Assembly (NCBI RefSeq): GCF_018350175.1
Contig: NC_058368.1
Span: 84,880,001-84,944,000 of the forward strand
Direction of reading: 5' to 3'
Length of the DNA: 64,000 nucleotides
Source: Felis catus
Lineage: Eukaryota
Position 1 is the first letter of the stretch; the number at the start of each line of letters is the position of its first letter. The notes beneath the pieces are model-generated. The model was not told the DNA's origin, did not search any database, and worked only from the letters and a program-made list of their open reading frames with translations. A program made the position numbers and the translations under genes. Positions 1 through 12,469 of the stretch are shown in pieces.

Positions 1-385
1 ATCCATCAACCCTGTTTGTTCTCTAAGAATCTCTTATGGTTTGTTTCCTTCTTTCTTTTTATACCCCTTCTCCAATACGTTCATCTGGCTTGTTTCTTAA
101 ATCCCACATATGAGTGAAATCATATGGTATTTGACTTTCTCTGATTGACTTATTTTGCATAATACATTCTAGTTCTTTCCAGGTTCTGGCAAATGGCAAG
201 GTTTCATTCTTTTTGATGGTTTTGATGGCTGGGTAATCTTCCATTTTATATATGTGTATATAATACACATATATATTTTATATTTTATATATGTGATATA
301 AACACATATATTCAATTATATATACATATATATAAACGCATATATTCAATTCCATTCATCAGTCAATGGACATTTGGGGCCCTTT
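1..385 (-). mobile_element. LINE-1 3' end fragment (end of ORF2 plus 3'UTR), old carnivore type
   Basis: Minus ORF 59-268 resembles the ORF2 C-terminus (IKKNETLPFARTWKELE). Sequence matches the L1 3' ends at 22760-22980 and 52800-53000. Confidence 0.85.
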
Positions 386-515
386 ATATTCAAATGAAAC
401 TTTTGCTTTGGATTATTGCTGACTCCTTGTAAGGACAAGCAAATATAGCTGAAAACTTTAGAGAAACTTTCATGAATAGTAAATGGTTTAATAATTGTTT
501 GTTTATAATAAAATT

Positions 516-767
516 CATTCTAATAATATAAGCCTGCAAATAACTGTCTATTTCCATCAAGTCTAATATAATTATGTATTTTTACAAATAAAGACTTAAA
601 ACTAAGAAATACTCCTACTATAGATTATTTTTGATAATAGGGACAATTCTATAAAATAATTGAAATTTTAAGTGAAGAAAAATATTTAAAATAGACTAAT
701 TTAATTGGCTTTTTGTTTAGGTTTATTATCAAACCCCTTTATTTAAAAGATTAGAAATCCAGAACTC
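516..767 (+). repeat. Copy 1 of a ~250-bp direct duplication (copy 2 at 5600-5860)
   Basis: agcctgcaaataactgtctatttccatcaagtcta...aagattagaaatccagaactc aligns end to end with 5615-5860. Confidence 0.9.
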
Positions 768-2239
768 TGTGAGAATTTTACCAAGACCTGACATCTAGGA
801 ATAATTTATAAGACAGAGGAGTCAAAAGGAAATATTTAGTAAGTAACATGTGAAAAGAAAATGTGTTCAATAGCATGCTTGTGAGGACTTCCTCCACTTT
901 GAGAAGTTGGAGGTTGTTTTGGAGATGGTGGTGGATGAAGCTAGTGCAGGGAAAGAGGCGCAGGTTGCATAAAGGTGAATTGTCGCTGTTTTTCCAGTTA
1001 TAAAAACAACCTGGATGGAAGATGAGTGGAAGTGAAGACACAAAGAAGTTTTTACAGTATAGTCTTAGAAAATGAAGTCTGCATTGACTATTTTATTTCC
1101 TGGTTTTGTGTCTGAGCTTCGACACATTTCACCTGAAAACTCGTGTAAAGGGGAAAAAGTCTGTGTTTATTGGTAGGAAAACCAGAGCCTGTGTATTTGT
1201 AAGTTCTTGAAAATCTTTTCCATTTTGTTAATATAAGCTTTCCACTTCTGGCTCTGTTAGCAATATTAAAATGTGTGAAACATTTTGAATGTGTGGGAAA
1301 GTCCATTTTGTTTATTGTTATTAAGTAGATGCTTAGTTTGGTGAACACAGAAATCAAAGATGGAAAGACTGGATAACCCCAAGAACATGATAACATAGAT
1401 TTAATCTTAGTGAGAATAGTCCATACATGACAAAGGAATGTCAGGTACTTTTAAATTCCAACGTGAAAGTGGACTCAATTGACAGAGACTGCAGAAAACT
1501 GGATGTACCAGTCTACACTGGGGCTCATACTTGGTGGATGACTGAGTGTGCAGAGTCAGTTTTGACAGCAACTTGGTGGCTCTCTCACTGTAACTCAAAC
1601 AGCTTTGATTTGCAACTTCTTGCTGGTGTCCTATGGAATAATTCTGAGAAACTCTGGTGTCAAACATTCTGAAGAAATTCATTCACTGTTACATTAAATT
1701 AGAAATATATCTGGGCAGCTCTTCTTGTACAATGCTACAAGGTACTGACGGAGTAAGAAAGATTCATTCAATTGACTGGATATGTTGTTTACATAATAGC
1801 AAATATCCCCATAGTTGGAATCATTCAGCTTGTAGTGCCAATTATATGCACCTTTAAAAAGTTAGCTCTTAGCATTTCTTAGAGCTTAATATAGTGTTAG
1901 TGAGATTGCAGGTAGGGCAAGATATAAAATCTTTCTGGAGGTAAGGAATATTTCATTTCTGAGGTTCCAGTGAAAGGGTAAATTGCTTGGATTGTTTGTC
2001 TATATCCTTAACTATTAATATGGGAACTAATTAATATTAGGACATGAAAAAGTAATTTTCTAATAATTAAATTACATATAATAAAATGGAAATTATAAAG
2101 AACCCCCAAAGGTAAACGGTTATTTTCTTTAGAGTGAGGAATATAAAAGACTCAATTATATTTTTTCATAAAATGTATAAAAATATAAAACTTATTTCAG
2201 TGAACGAACATTCAAAAATGTTCTCTCTGCAACACTTTA

Positions 2240-2660
2240 TTTTTTAAAATATATTTATTTAAATTTGAGTTAGTTAACATACAGTGTAGTATTGGTTTCA
2301 GGAGTAGAACACAGTGATTTGTCACTTGTATATAACACCCAGTACTCATGCCAACAAGTTCTCTCCTTAATGCTCATCACCCATTTAATCCACCTCCCTA
2401 CCTACCTCCCCTCTAGCTACCCTCAGTTTATTCTCTGTATTTAAATCTCTTATGGTTTGTCTCCCTCTATATTTTTATCTTAATATCCCTTAATTCCCCC
2501 TGCTTATCTGTTGTGTTTCTTGAATTCCACATAAAAGTGAAATCATATGATATTGATCTTTCTTTGCCTGACTTATTTCACTTAGCATGATACGCTCTAT
2601 AGATTCATCCATATTGTTGCAAACAGTAAGATTTCATTCTTTTTTATCACCAATAATATT
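2240..2660 (-). mobile_element. 5'-truncated LINE-1 3' end
   Basis: T-rich tail on the left, then tataacacccagtactcat...cttagcatgatac...atttcattctttttt, homologous to other L1 3'UTRs in the window. Confidence 0.85.
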
Positions 2661-3578
2661 GGCACTTTAAAACAGAAAGCTGAGGTTTGGGGCGTCAAAG
2701 GGAAAATGGCAAAAAAAATTTTGGAAAAAAAAATGGAAAATATTATTATCTTTTTTTATCAAAAAGATTATATCTGGCAAAACAATTCAGAAGTGTATTC
2801 AAGAAAGGGCTACTGAAAGACGTGGGAGACCTGAGATGTAGGAGTAATTACAGATAAAGAAAGAGATACTGAGAAATAGATAAAAAGAGAGATACCAAGA
2901 AATAGATGAGGGAGGGACAGAACAAGAGACAACATAGGTGAAGGTGAGGGGGCATTCAGAGACTATAATGTATATTCATGCTTTCCTTGACTTTGGGCTT
3001 CAGATGAGTTTTCTTTCTTTGAAATTGATGAAGCCATATAGCCACTGATTCCAACTCTTCACATTCTTTTAGCTGTAAGTACTAAAGAATCTTAAGTGCA
3101 ATAGTGTTAAAGTTACATGGAGACCAGGATTTTCTCAGCTCTAGACTAGACTGACAGAATTTTTTTTTTCTTTGAATGACTAGGGTGGGCTTATTCCAGT
3201 CTGACTTCAGATTTTTGTGTGTGAGGTCTCTGATCTCATATGGGAGAAGAGGGGCACAATTTCCTCACAGATTAAAAGGGAATAATCAGGATGAAAATAT
3301 AGAGTCTTCACATCCTATAGGCAAACTAATGGCAACCGAAACCAAGGCAATCAAATGGGTCGCAATTACACCTTAAATAATATGGCAAAACTGTCTGTGG
3401 GATGGGAGAGGGAGGATGGTTACATTATAATAAAAATGCCCCAAGATGTGGAATTTAAATCATTCAAGAGGAAAAAAAATCGAATACAGAAACTGAAATT
3501 GTTTGGTTAGAATAATTAGAATTTAAGAGTAATTTCATTACAATATTCAGTGATGAGATTCTGTTTAATAGTAAGGAT

Positions 3579-3709
3579 GTTAAATGGGTAAGGGGCATTA
3601 AGGAATCTACTCCTGAGATCATCGTTGCATTATATGCTAACTAATCTGGATGTAAATTTTAAAAAATAAAAAATAAAAATAAAAAAAATAAAATAAAATC
3701 TGAAAAAAA
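3579..3709 (+). mobile_element. Very short (~130 bp) 5'-truncated L1 3' end with A-rich tail and TSD
   Basis: gggtaaggggcattaaggaatctactcctga...gtaaatttt followed by an A-rich tail. TSD aatagt(a/g)aggat at 3567-3578 and 3710-3721. Confidence 0.75.
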
Positions 3710-4747
3710 AATAGTGAGGATTCTGGTCATCTAATTGTTCATTTCAAAAGAAGAGGACAATAAGAGACCAGTATCAATTCAGTTATCTACAAAACGCAAT
3801 TTTTATTTTAGTGAATCTTAAGTTTATATTAGAGTGTTAACAGTTTCCCCACCAAAGAAATTCCAATCTAAGAAGAGAGAAGAGTTGCTTTCCCATTCTA
3901 CTTTACCCACCTCCTGCCCTGCTCTGTCACAAGTCTTTACCTAGTCATATTTTATCTTCTAAAGTGTCTTATTTCATTTATTTTTAGAACTGTAGGAAAT
4001 GCAGTTGAACTAGATAACTTTATCTTCTCTTTTTAGACATTTATAGAGAAAGTTTTCCAATTAGATAAGAAATAAGTGGTTTCTGCCACATAGATTTGTT
4101 CTCCATGAAGGTATATTTTTGACAAGGCATTGGACTCTTTATGTCTTTTTTCCGAACTGCTTGGTTTACCAGAACTCTTTTAACAAATGATATCTGCTAC
4201 AGTGAGCAAATGGATGAGAACTTTGCCTGAGGATTTTCTTTTCCCAGCCTTTCACATTTATTATCTTAAAAAAGAAGGCAATGTATTAAAGGCATTTGTT
4301 TCTGCAAGGAGGAAGAGGGCAATTACACAACTTTGTGTGAAGCCACCAGACCTTAAAGCAACTAAGAACTGTGGATCTCATTTCCTTTTTTCAGCTCAAG
4401 TCCCATCCAAGCAAACTCCTCCTGCTTCACCTCAGTGTGGAAGAGAGCTCTGCCATACTGAGCTTTTCCCAAACTATGGTACCACTTCACTGAAACAAAT
4501 TGAAGCAGAATGGCTCTTTGAGTATACTTTTAACCATCTGAGTAGGGCATTTGTAAACCATTGCCTCTTTTCTTTATTTAGTTTAATAGAATATTTATAT
4601 TGGAAAGAAAAGTTAAGTGCAAGGAATTCAGATTTATTGTTAGAAATGCTTAAAAATGACAGCTGATACCTGAATCAATGCTTATAGGCTAAAGCACATG
4701 TCCTTGCATATATCAGCTCAATCACTGCCAAAAATATTTTTGGTTTA

Positions 4748-4890
4748 GGGGTGCCTGGGTGGCTCAGTTAATAGAGCATATAACTCTTGGTCTCAAGGTT
4801 GTAAGTTCTAGCCTTTCACTGGGTGCAGTAATTACTAAAAAATACTTCATGTTAAAAAACTCAAATTTAAATTTTAAAAATCTTTAAAGA
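4748..4890 (+). mobile_element. Short, old tRNA-derived CAN-SINE
   Basis: Head ggggtgcctgggtggctcagtt, degenerate B box (aagttctagcc), A-rich tail, no (CT)n tract. Confidence 0.75.
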
Positions 4891-5142
4891 AAAGGTTTCT
4901 GGTTTATAATTCTCCCCCAATCCACCCTGCCCTATACTTCAGTTGGTGCATACATTTTTTTCCTTGCACAAATAATTTGCATTAATCATCTATATGAAGA
5001 ATAGCTTAAAATGTTGTTACTTATCCATTTTGTAGATCAAAACATTTTTTCATATAACCCTCAATATATTTCAGATTTAAAAATGATTTATATTTCCCCC
5101 TAGATATTTAGGGATGATTTATACATATACATTATGATTTCC

Positions 5143-5265
5143 ATATATATATATATATATACATATATGCATATACATATATATGTGTGTGTGTGTGTGT
5201 GTGTATCTGTCCATATATCTATATATCATCAATATATATTTGTCTATCTATCTATCTATCTAGAT
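5143..5265. repeat. Compound (TA)n/(TG)n/(TCTA)n microsatellite
   Basis: Direct reading. Confidence 0.95.
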
Positions 5266-5559
5266 ATATGGACATATACTTTCCTTTCTGGGTGTTAAAT
5301 AACTGTCTAAATAAGTTTACATTGTGATATTTCAGTCACTCAACAATGAGAATTAAAATGTGATGAATGTACTAGTAAATTATGAAATCCTTTAACTTCA
5401 ATTGCTGTCCATTTGGGTTCATACTGTCAGATAATAAGACAGGAATTCTTCCACAGTTATAGGTTCAGCTACATTTACTCTATTTCCCTTTCTGCTAAAA
5501 TTTGAATATTTTATCCTTTGACATTACATCACAGAAAGTCACTAGAAATGTAAAACAAA

Positions 5560-5561
5560 AA

Positions 5562-5596
<35 letters not shown>

Positions 5597-5598
5597 AT
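5560..5598. repeat. (TAAA)n microsatellite
   Basis: Direct reading. Confidence 0.95.
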
Positions 5599-5599
5599 A

Positions 5600-5860
5600 C
5601 ATTCCAGTAATAGAAGCCTGTAAATAACTGTCTATTTCCATCAAGTCTATATAATTATGTAATTTTACAAATAAAGAGTTAAAACTAAAAAAAAGTCCTA
5701 ATATTTTTGATGATACAGATTATTTTTGATAATAAGGACAATTCTATAAAATAATTGAAATTTTAAGTGAAAAAATATTTAAAATAGACTAATATAATTG
5801 TATTTTTGTTTAGGTTTATTATCTAACCCCTTCATTTAAAAGATTAGAAATCAAGAACTC
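5600..5860 (+). repeat. Copy 2 of the ~250-bp direct duplication (copy 1 at 516-767)
   Basis: Colinear alignment with copy 1, with scattered substitutions and a small indel near 5700. Confidence 0.9.
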
Positions 5861-6191
5861 AATTTAATTCTTATCTTCACTTACAGATCTTTGGAAAATG
5901 AAACATCCCTAGACTTTCAGCGGTGGTTGGCCTCTTTCAAGGACTGAAATTGGTATACATTCCCTTTGTAGTTGAATGAAGGATTGCTAATTCAATTACT
6001 TTTCTTGGTGAAATTTCATCATCATTAACATCATTACCTCCATCACCTTACATACCAGCATTTCAACTACATTATCATCATATTTACTACCACTATCATC
6101 ACCACCCTCACCATCAATCATCAACTGGGAGTGCCTAACTCCTGCTGGCCCATAATCTAAGGGTATGGGCCAAACATTGTCAAAGAAACAT

Positions 6192-6316
6192 AAGATAGAT
6201 GATAGATAGATAGATAGATAGATGATATAGAGACACATGTAGATATATACAGATATCTATCTATATAGATAAATCTCTCTCCATCTCTGTATCTACCTAT
6301 GTCTATCTACATATAC

Positions 6317-6355
<39 letters not shown>
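6192..6355. repeat. (GATA)n and (GA)n microsatellites
   Basis: Direct reading. Confidence 0.9.
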
Positions 6356-6357
<2 letters not shown>

Positions 6358-6488
6358 CCATACAGCCAGTGGTCCCATTGCAATTTTAATTATGAAAAGA
6401 CCAGAACTAAAACCTGAACATCTAAGAAGGCCTGATTTAGATGGAAGTGAAAATAGGTAGTGATTGATATTCATCTTATATTTGTTGT

Positions 6489-7424
6489 CTAATTTGATGT
6501 TAGGCAGCATTCCAACACTTTTATCAGAACACTCACCACCTCCTCACTCCTCAGACTGTGTATGAGAGGGTTCATCATGGGGGTGAGGATGCAACCAAGC
6601 ATAAAGAGAAACTGGTCCAGCTTAGGACTGTGATAAGTATTAGGCCTCATGTAGACCAGCATGGCTGGCCAAAGTAGAGGCTCACCACAGTCAAGTGGGA
6701 GGAACAGGTGGCCAGGGCTTTATTTCTGCCCTCCAGGGAGTTCATGCTGAGGATAGCAAGGAAGATGAGAGTATAAGAAAACAGGATAAAGGACAAGGGA
6801 ATGAGGAGCATCATAACAGTTGTCATCACTACACCCTTCTTATAGGCAAAGATGTGCTCACAGTCCAATTTTAGAATGGCCATGACTTCACAGAGGAAAT
6901 GGGAAACCTCTCTGGAACCACAGATGGGGAAATAGATAGAATAAACTGTGTGTGCAAATGATGTAATGTAAAGACACCCACATACAGGAGATAATAGCCA
7001 TCTGCAGATATACTTTCTGGCTTATCAGGGTATATCTCAGAAGGTTACAAATTGTCACATACTGGCCAAAGGACATGAGGGTAATAAGGATACACTCAGC
7101 AATTACTAGAGTCCAGAAGAAAAAAGATCTGCGTTTCACAGGCAACCTGTGAGATGTTTCTCTTCCCTGAGAAGTCAGTTGCCGTCTTGAGTATAGTGCA
7201 GGAGATTAATGTCAGGTCCATGAGAGCAATTTAGCTGAGCATAAAATATATTTGTGTATGGAGATGAGAATCCACCCAGATGAGAAAAATAAGGATGACA
7301 TTTGTGGTGAGGGTCACAGTGTAGATCATAAGGATGTCAGAGACAAGGACATTGACATATTTTATACCAGGGAATAGGCTCAAGAGCATAAAATCATATT
7401 TGAAGACTAATTTATTTTATCCAA
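6489..7424 (-). pseudogene. Olfactory receptor family-2-like pseudogene
   Basis: Pieces translate to DFMLLSLFP, LIWVDSHLHTQIYFMLS*, AECILITLMSFGQYVTICNLLRY, EGRNKALATCSSHLTVVSLYFG and LTPMMNPLIHSLR. Start codon is TTG, there is a stop at 7231-7233 and several frameshifts. Confidence 0.95.
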
Positions 7425-8155
7425 GTCTTTGTATTGTTAGAAGTGATCAACCCTGGGAACAAACCAGATTTGGAGACATCACAAAGATTTATTGGATTCT
7501 GTTCCCCAGACGCTTTCCTTTGTAACCCTTATCAGCATCAGTAGGCTGTGATATTTCTGCAACTGACAGCAATTTAGCCAATTTCATGGCTAAATAACCT
7601 ATCTAATGCCTCCAGTTATCTTCTTTATTCACAGAATAAATTTCCCGAATCTTGTATAGTTAATTTCCAGACTTCATCTAGTAATGGTAGCTCATATCCA
7701 TTACTACCACCTCCCCTCCCTTCTATGTCATTTCTCAGAGACCCCATTCCCATCTCCCTTCTTATACTCTCTCACTGCCATACTTTAACCTTTGAGAAGT
7801 ATATTACATTTGTTCCATCCTCACCAAATCACAGTTTCCATCCTAATATGTTCTTATCACTATGCTAAATCTTAGAAAGACAAAGATGAATAAAGTATGA
7901 TTTCTGATGCTAAAGGCCTTTAACTTTATTGAAGAAGATATCAGGAACATGTGGAGAAATTAGATGTTATAATGGAAGAATATAGATGATACACTGTACA
8001 ATGGAGATGGAAAGTAACCTTCATTTTAAAAGGCTAGAGGATTTGCATGATGGAAATCTAACTTCACATAAACTTTTTTATCTTTTTTAACAAAACTACA
8101 ACCAAAAACTAAACCATCATATCTGTGGGCATTTAGAAGGAGATAGTCTCTTAGA

Positions 8156-8361
8156 GGGACACCTGGGTGGCTCATTTGATTAAGGATCTGAGTCTTGATT
8201 TCAGCTTAGGTCATGATATACAGTTACGAGATCAAGTCCTGCATTGAACCTCACTTTGGTTTCCATGCTGGGCATGGGGTTGCTCAAGATTCTCTCTCTC
8301 CCTTCCCCTTTTCCCTTCCCCCACTTAATCATTCTCTCTCTCTCTGTCTCTCAAAAAAAAA
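8156..8361 (+). mobile_element. CAN-SINE (older, diverged)
   Basis: Head gggacacctgggtggctca, (CT)-rich tract, A tail. Confidence 0.9.
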
Positions 8362-8537
8362 GTGTGTCTCAGAGAAAAGTTGTGTAGCTTGTCCAAGCTC
8401 TTATTATTACTAAATGTTGAAGAGAAGTGACCAAAACTCACATCCCAGAAGTTTTTCCAATTATCCTCCACCATTAGATATTTATTAAGTATATTTACTA
8501 GAGTTATTATTAAATAAAGCCTTGTATTGTTCTTCAT

Positions 8538-8748
8538 TTAATTTTTTTTAATGCTTACTTATTTTTGAGAGAGAGAAAGGGCAAAAATGGGGGAGGGCAG
8601 GGAGAGAGGAAAACACAGAATTCAAAGCCAGCTCCAGTCTCTGAGGTGTCTACATGGAGCCCAAGGTGGGGCTCGAACTCACAAGCCCCGAGATCATGGC
8701 TTAAGCCAAAGTTGGAAGCTTAATCGACTGAGCCACTCAGGCGCCCCT
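8538..8748 (-). mobile_element. CAN-SINE
   Basis: Ends gagccactcaggcgcccc, with gggctcgaactc B box and a T-rich tail on the left. Confidence 0.92.
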
Positions 8749-8761
8749 GTGTTTTATTTAT

Positions 8762-9160
8762 TAGGATAGTGGTAGCTGTTGTAATAAATAATCTTTCATT
8801 TCTCAGTGACTTAAGATAATAGAATTGTATTTCTTGTCAGATGAATTCAAAAATAGGCTTTGCTGTTAGGCACTTGACTCTTTTGAATGACATTTCACAT
8901 ACCCAGGCTCCTGGCATCTTGTCACTCACCATCTTCAATACTGACTTCTAAAGTCATTGTCCTCATCTGTATCAAGCATCCAGCAGGCAGGGTATGAAAA
9001 TGTTAATAAGCCAAGCCTGAAAGTGCTGCATGAGCTTTCCCCTGATATTTGAGTCCAGTCACATAGCAACATGTCACTGCAGGGGAGGCTGAGAAGTATA
9101 TTTAGTTCAGTGCACAGGGGAAAAGAGCACATAGATTTGGTAAACACCTGCCAGTTCCTG
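8762..9160. mobile_element. Degenerate MaLR (MLT1-like) LTR relic
   Basis: Motifs recalled from old MLT1 LTRs: tagctgttgtaata, tctcagtgacttaa, tgtatttcttgtc, ccaggctcc, agtcacatagc. Subfamily not determined. Confidence 0.55.
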
Positions 9161-9376
9161 TTAAATCTAGATTACTTTGCATAAAGCATATAAACTGGTT
9201 CACAGCAGGGATAATGTTTTTGCATTCCTTTACCACTCTACTTGAAATATGGTGGTACTATCGGTATTTGTTGAATTGAACATAACATACCTGCTACTCA
9301 GGAGAGTTGTTCCTCATTCCCCTTCCATAATTTTATTCTTGGCCTTTCAAAATAAAAGTGATCTTTTTTTGGAGAC

Positions 9377-9898
9377 TATATTAGTTTATCTACTGCTGTA
9401 CAATAATTATCTCAAGATAGTAAAAACATGTATTGCCTCACAGATCTTCCCAACAGGAATCTGAGTGAAACTTAAGCTGGGTACCTCTACCTAAATATTT
9501 CCAACAAGATTGTAATCAAAGTGCTGTCTTGTGCTATAGTTTCATCTGAATTCTTAACTGTGGGAGGATCTGCTTCCAATTTCACTCGGGTGTTACCAGC
9601 AACATTCAGTTCAGTCCTCCTGGGCTGATGGCTTCAATTTATTGCTGGCTGTTGTTGGGAGCTTCCCTCGCTTTCTTGATTTTCCATGGGGTATCTCATA
9701 ACATGGTAGTAGGCTTCCTTCAAGAAAGATGGGAGGGAGGAGAAAGGGAGTGAGAGCAAGATGGAAGTCACAGTCTTTTTGTAACCTAATATCAGAAGTA
9801 ATAGGTGATAAGATCCATCCCTTGCTCAAGAGGAGAATACACAAGGTCATGAATCCTGGCCAACAGGGATTGTTGGTGATGGATTGTTGCCTATCACG
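9377..9898. mobile_element. Degenerate MaLR (MLT1-like) LTR relic
   Basis: tattagtttatctactgctgta...ggaggatctgcttcc...catggtagtaggcttcc...ggaagtcacagtcttttt...tacacaaggtcatgaat. Confidence 0.65.
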
Positions 9899-10014
9899 AC
9901 ATTCTCCAAGTTCATAGTATTTTTGTCAAAACTTTGAATTTTAGAGTTAGAAGGTGTCTTAGAAAAATCCACTTTACACTTATCCCCAGTAATTTTTTTT
10001 CTCCCTGTTATTTA

Positions 10015-10236
10015 TTTTTTTTTAAATTTTTTTTCAATGTTTATTTATTTTTGGGACAGAGAGAGACAGAGCATGAACGGGGGAGGGGCAGAGAGAGGGA
10101 GACATAGAATCAGAAACAGGCTCCAGGCTCTGAGCCATCAGCCCAGAGCCTGACGCGGGGCTCGAACTCACGGACCGCGAGATCGTGACCTGGCTGAAGT
10201 CGGACGCTTAACCGACTGCGCCACCCAGACGCCCCA
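10015..10236 (-). mobile_element. Young felid SINE (SINEC_Fc-like), probably inside an MIR relic
   Basis: CpGs retained. Perfect 15-bp TSD tctccctgttattta at 10000-10014 and 10237-10251. Confidence 0.97.
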
Positions 10237-11334
10237 TCTCCCTGTTATTTAATGATGAAGAAATCACAGTTTCAAAAATGGAAAAGGTTAGCTCCAGAAC
10301 ATTCAACTAGTTAAAAATGAAGGAACAATACCCAGGTCCACTATTATTTTGACTTTCTTGACTCCTTGAAGAACTTTAAATTATTCCTTGAGTTATTTTT
10401 AACTTATTTTCTATGATTCTTTTACTTCTAGAATCCTTAGAGGACAACTAAACATGCTGTAAATGTGTAAATTCACTCTCACGAATAAGAACTATGAAGA
10501 CCTGTCTAGAAAACCAGTCATATAACTAAATTTAATGTTTAAATTATTAACCTGTTATAGTTTATATGAGGATTTTTTATCATCTAGACTGTACCGTAAA
10601 TATGAATGTATTCAGTTTTATATATTTATAAATTTCATATATGCATAATTAAAAAAAATTGATACCCACATGCAGCCCTTAAGCCTTGAATGAAGACTTG
10701 CAAATACATGTGTCATATTTTGGGGCATTTCTGTGTCTTGACAGATTGTTTTGATAACTATACTTTTTTTATAATTGTCAGTCAAATGAATAATTTCTGT
10801 TGGGTTACAATGGCATATGACCAGCAGAGCCAGATTAGAAGATTCAGTCATGATGGTTGCATTTTATGGTAGATTCTGCTACTTTATTTAAACCTGAGTT
10901 AATGGCCTGCTATGCACCTTTTCTTTTTCTGGGTCTTAATCCTTGTATTGGCACATGTGTAGATGCAGACCTTTGTTTTTCACAGCTCTCAGACAAAAAC
11001 AAATTAGTAAATAGACATTACTCAGGGTAGAATGTGCTAGCCTTTAGGGTTTCTGATGCGTTCATGTGTCAGTGAATTTTTTGGATGATGATGTGACAGG
11101 GGATGTTCATCCTGAGATCTGTCCCATTTCAAACATTGCCTTGTTGGTGAATTACTTTCTTTGAATTTTGGAAGGGCTTGGTGTCCTCTTGCTCTAACAG
11201 TTTGTCCCTTATTAAACACCTCCCAGCAAATGATATAGTAGATTCAAGCCTTATGATTTAACAGGCTGTCCTCTATGAGGACAGGAAATATTTCCACAGG
11301 AAATAAAGTTGAGAGTCAAAGACACAGATCTCTG

Positions 11335-11547
11335 TTGTGCCTGGGTAGCTCAAGTTGGTTGTCTGACTCTTGATTTGGGCTCAGGTCATGATCTCACAGT
11401 TTGTGGGAGTAAGCCCCACATTGGGTTATATGCTGGCAGTGTGGAACCTGCTTTGGATTCTCTCTCTCCTTCTCTTTCTCTGTTCCTCTCCCACTTGCAC
11501 ATGCTTTCATTCTCTCTCAAAATAAATAAAGAAACATTTTTATTTTA
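11335..11547 (+). mobile_element. CAN-SINE
   Basis: tgcctgggtagctca...ggctcaggtcatgatctc, (CT)n, aaaataaataaa. Degenerate TSD acaga(tc/tt)tctg. Confidence 0.9.
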
Positions 11548-12469
11548 AAGGACAGATTTCTGAAGAATTCACTGTTGACCTCAGGAACCAACTTGGAGAA
11601 GCAGAGTGTGGAAACATTTTTGGTACACATCCACACATAAAAGAAAATCAGCTTCCTTCTGTCCAGTCTCTCTTACTCATTTGCTAATTCTTCTTTATCC
11701 ACACACTTATTGAACTTCATTCCATGTATCAAATAAAGTCACATGTTTAAGTTCCAAAAAATATTTCAGACTTCTTTTCTCTCATTTAAAAGTGTAATCT
11801 TCCACTCACCATTCCTCTCTATTTCCTTTTCTTAGTTAGCCATCAACTCTATTGCAATTTATTTCTATACTTCTGTAAGGGAAAAACAATCAAATTCTTT
11901 TACACTGAGTTTCTCCCCTTTCATTGGAAAATCAAATCCTAATTTCCCTGATGGTCACAAGAAAAAGAAAAAACATATTTGCACAGAAATTTTGTCAGTG
12001 GCATAAAAGGATATGAGCTTTGTTATTTCCAAATTATTGGTTAATAATGATTGATGGCCCATGTGTGTTTGTTTATACAGTGTTATAAAACATGCAGAAA
12101 CACAATTCACAGCTACTTCTGAGGGGTTTTACTTTTTTATAATTAAGGATTATACCTTTTATCACTTCTAGGAAATTTCTTCATCACTTTCAAGTTAATT
12201 CATCACTAGGAAAAGGAAGATATGGTTTGCTTCTTTTCTCTGGTTTGAAGGCAATCATTTTAATAGTCAACTGCACATAATACAAACAAATCTTGTCAAA
12301 CTTAATCTGAAACTCTGGATTCATTTGTGAAATATTTGATATGCTAATGAAAAGAATATGTCTTTGACATCACTAAAATGAAACTGTTTATGACATAAGT
12401 TAAATGTAACCAGTGTAAATGTTATGTCATAAAGGAGACCATTTTCCTTATTTTTTTTCTTTTCTGGTG

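Noticed and set aside
4187..4666. 159-aa ORF in non-repeat DNA
   Set aside because: No recognisable domain or motif and the composition looks like translated AT-rich intergenic DNA. It cannot be supported without homology or expression data.
5996..6238. 80-aa ORF with Asp/Gly/Met-rich end
   Set aside because: Translation of (CAT/CAC)-rich and (GATA)n low-complexity sequence.
10015..10236. tRNA-like A and B boxes
   Set aside because: These are heads of tRNA-derived SINEs, not tRNA genes. The same applies to all SINEs here.
10780..10830. MAYD-like peptide (VTMAYDQ) in ORF 10690-10872
   Set aside because: Isolated four-residue match with no other OR motifs nearby. Not enough to call a fourth OR remnant.
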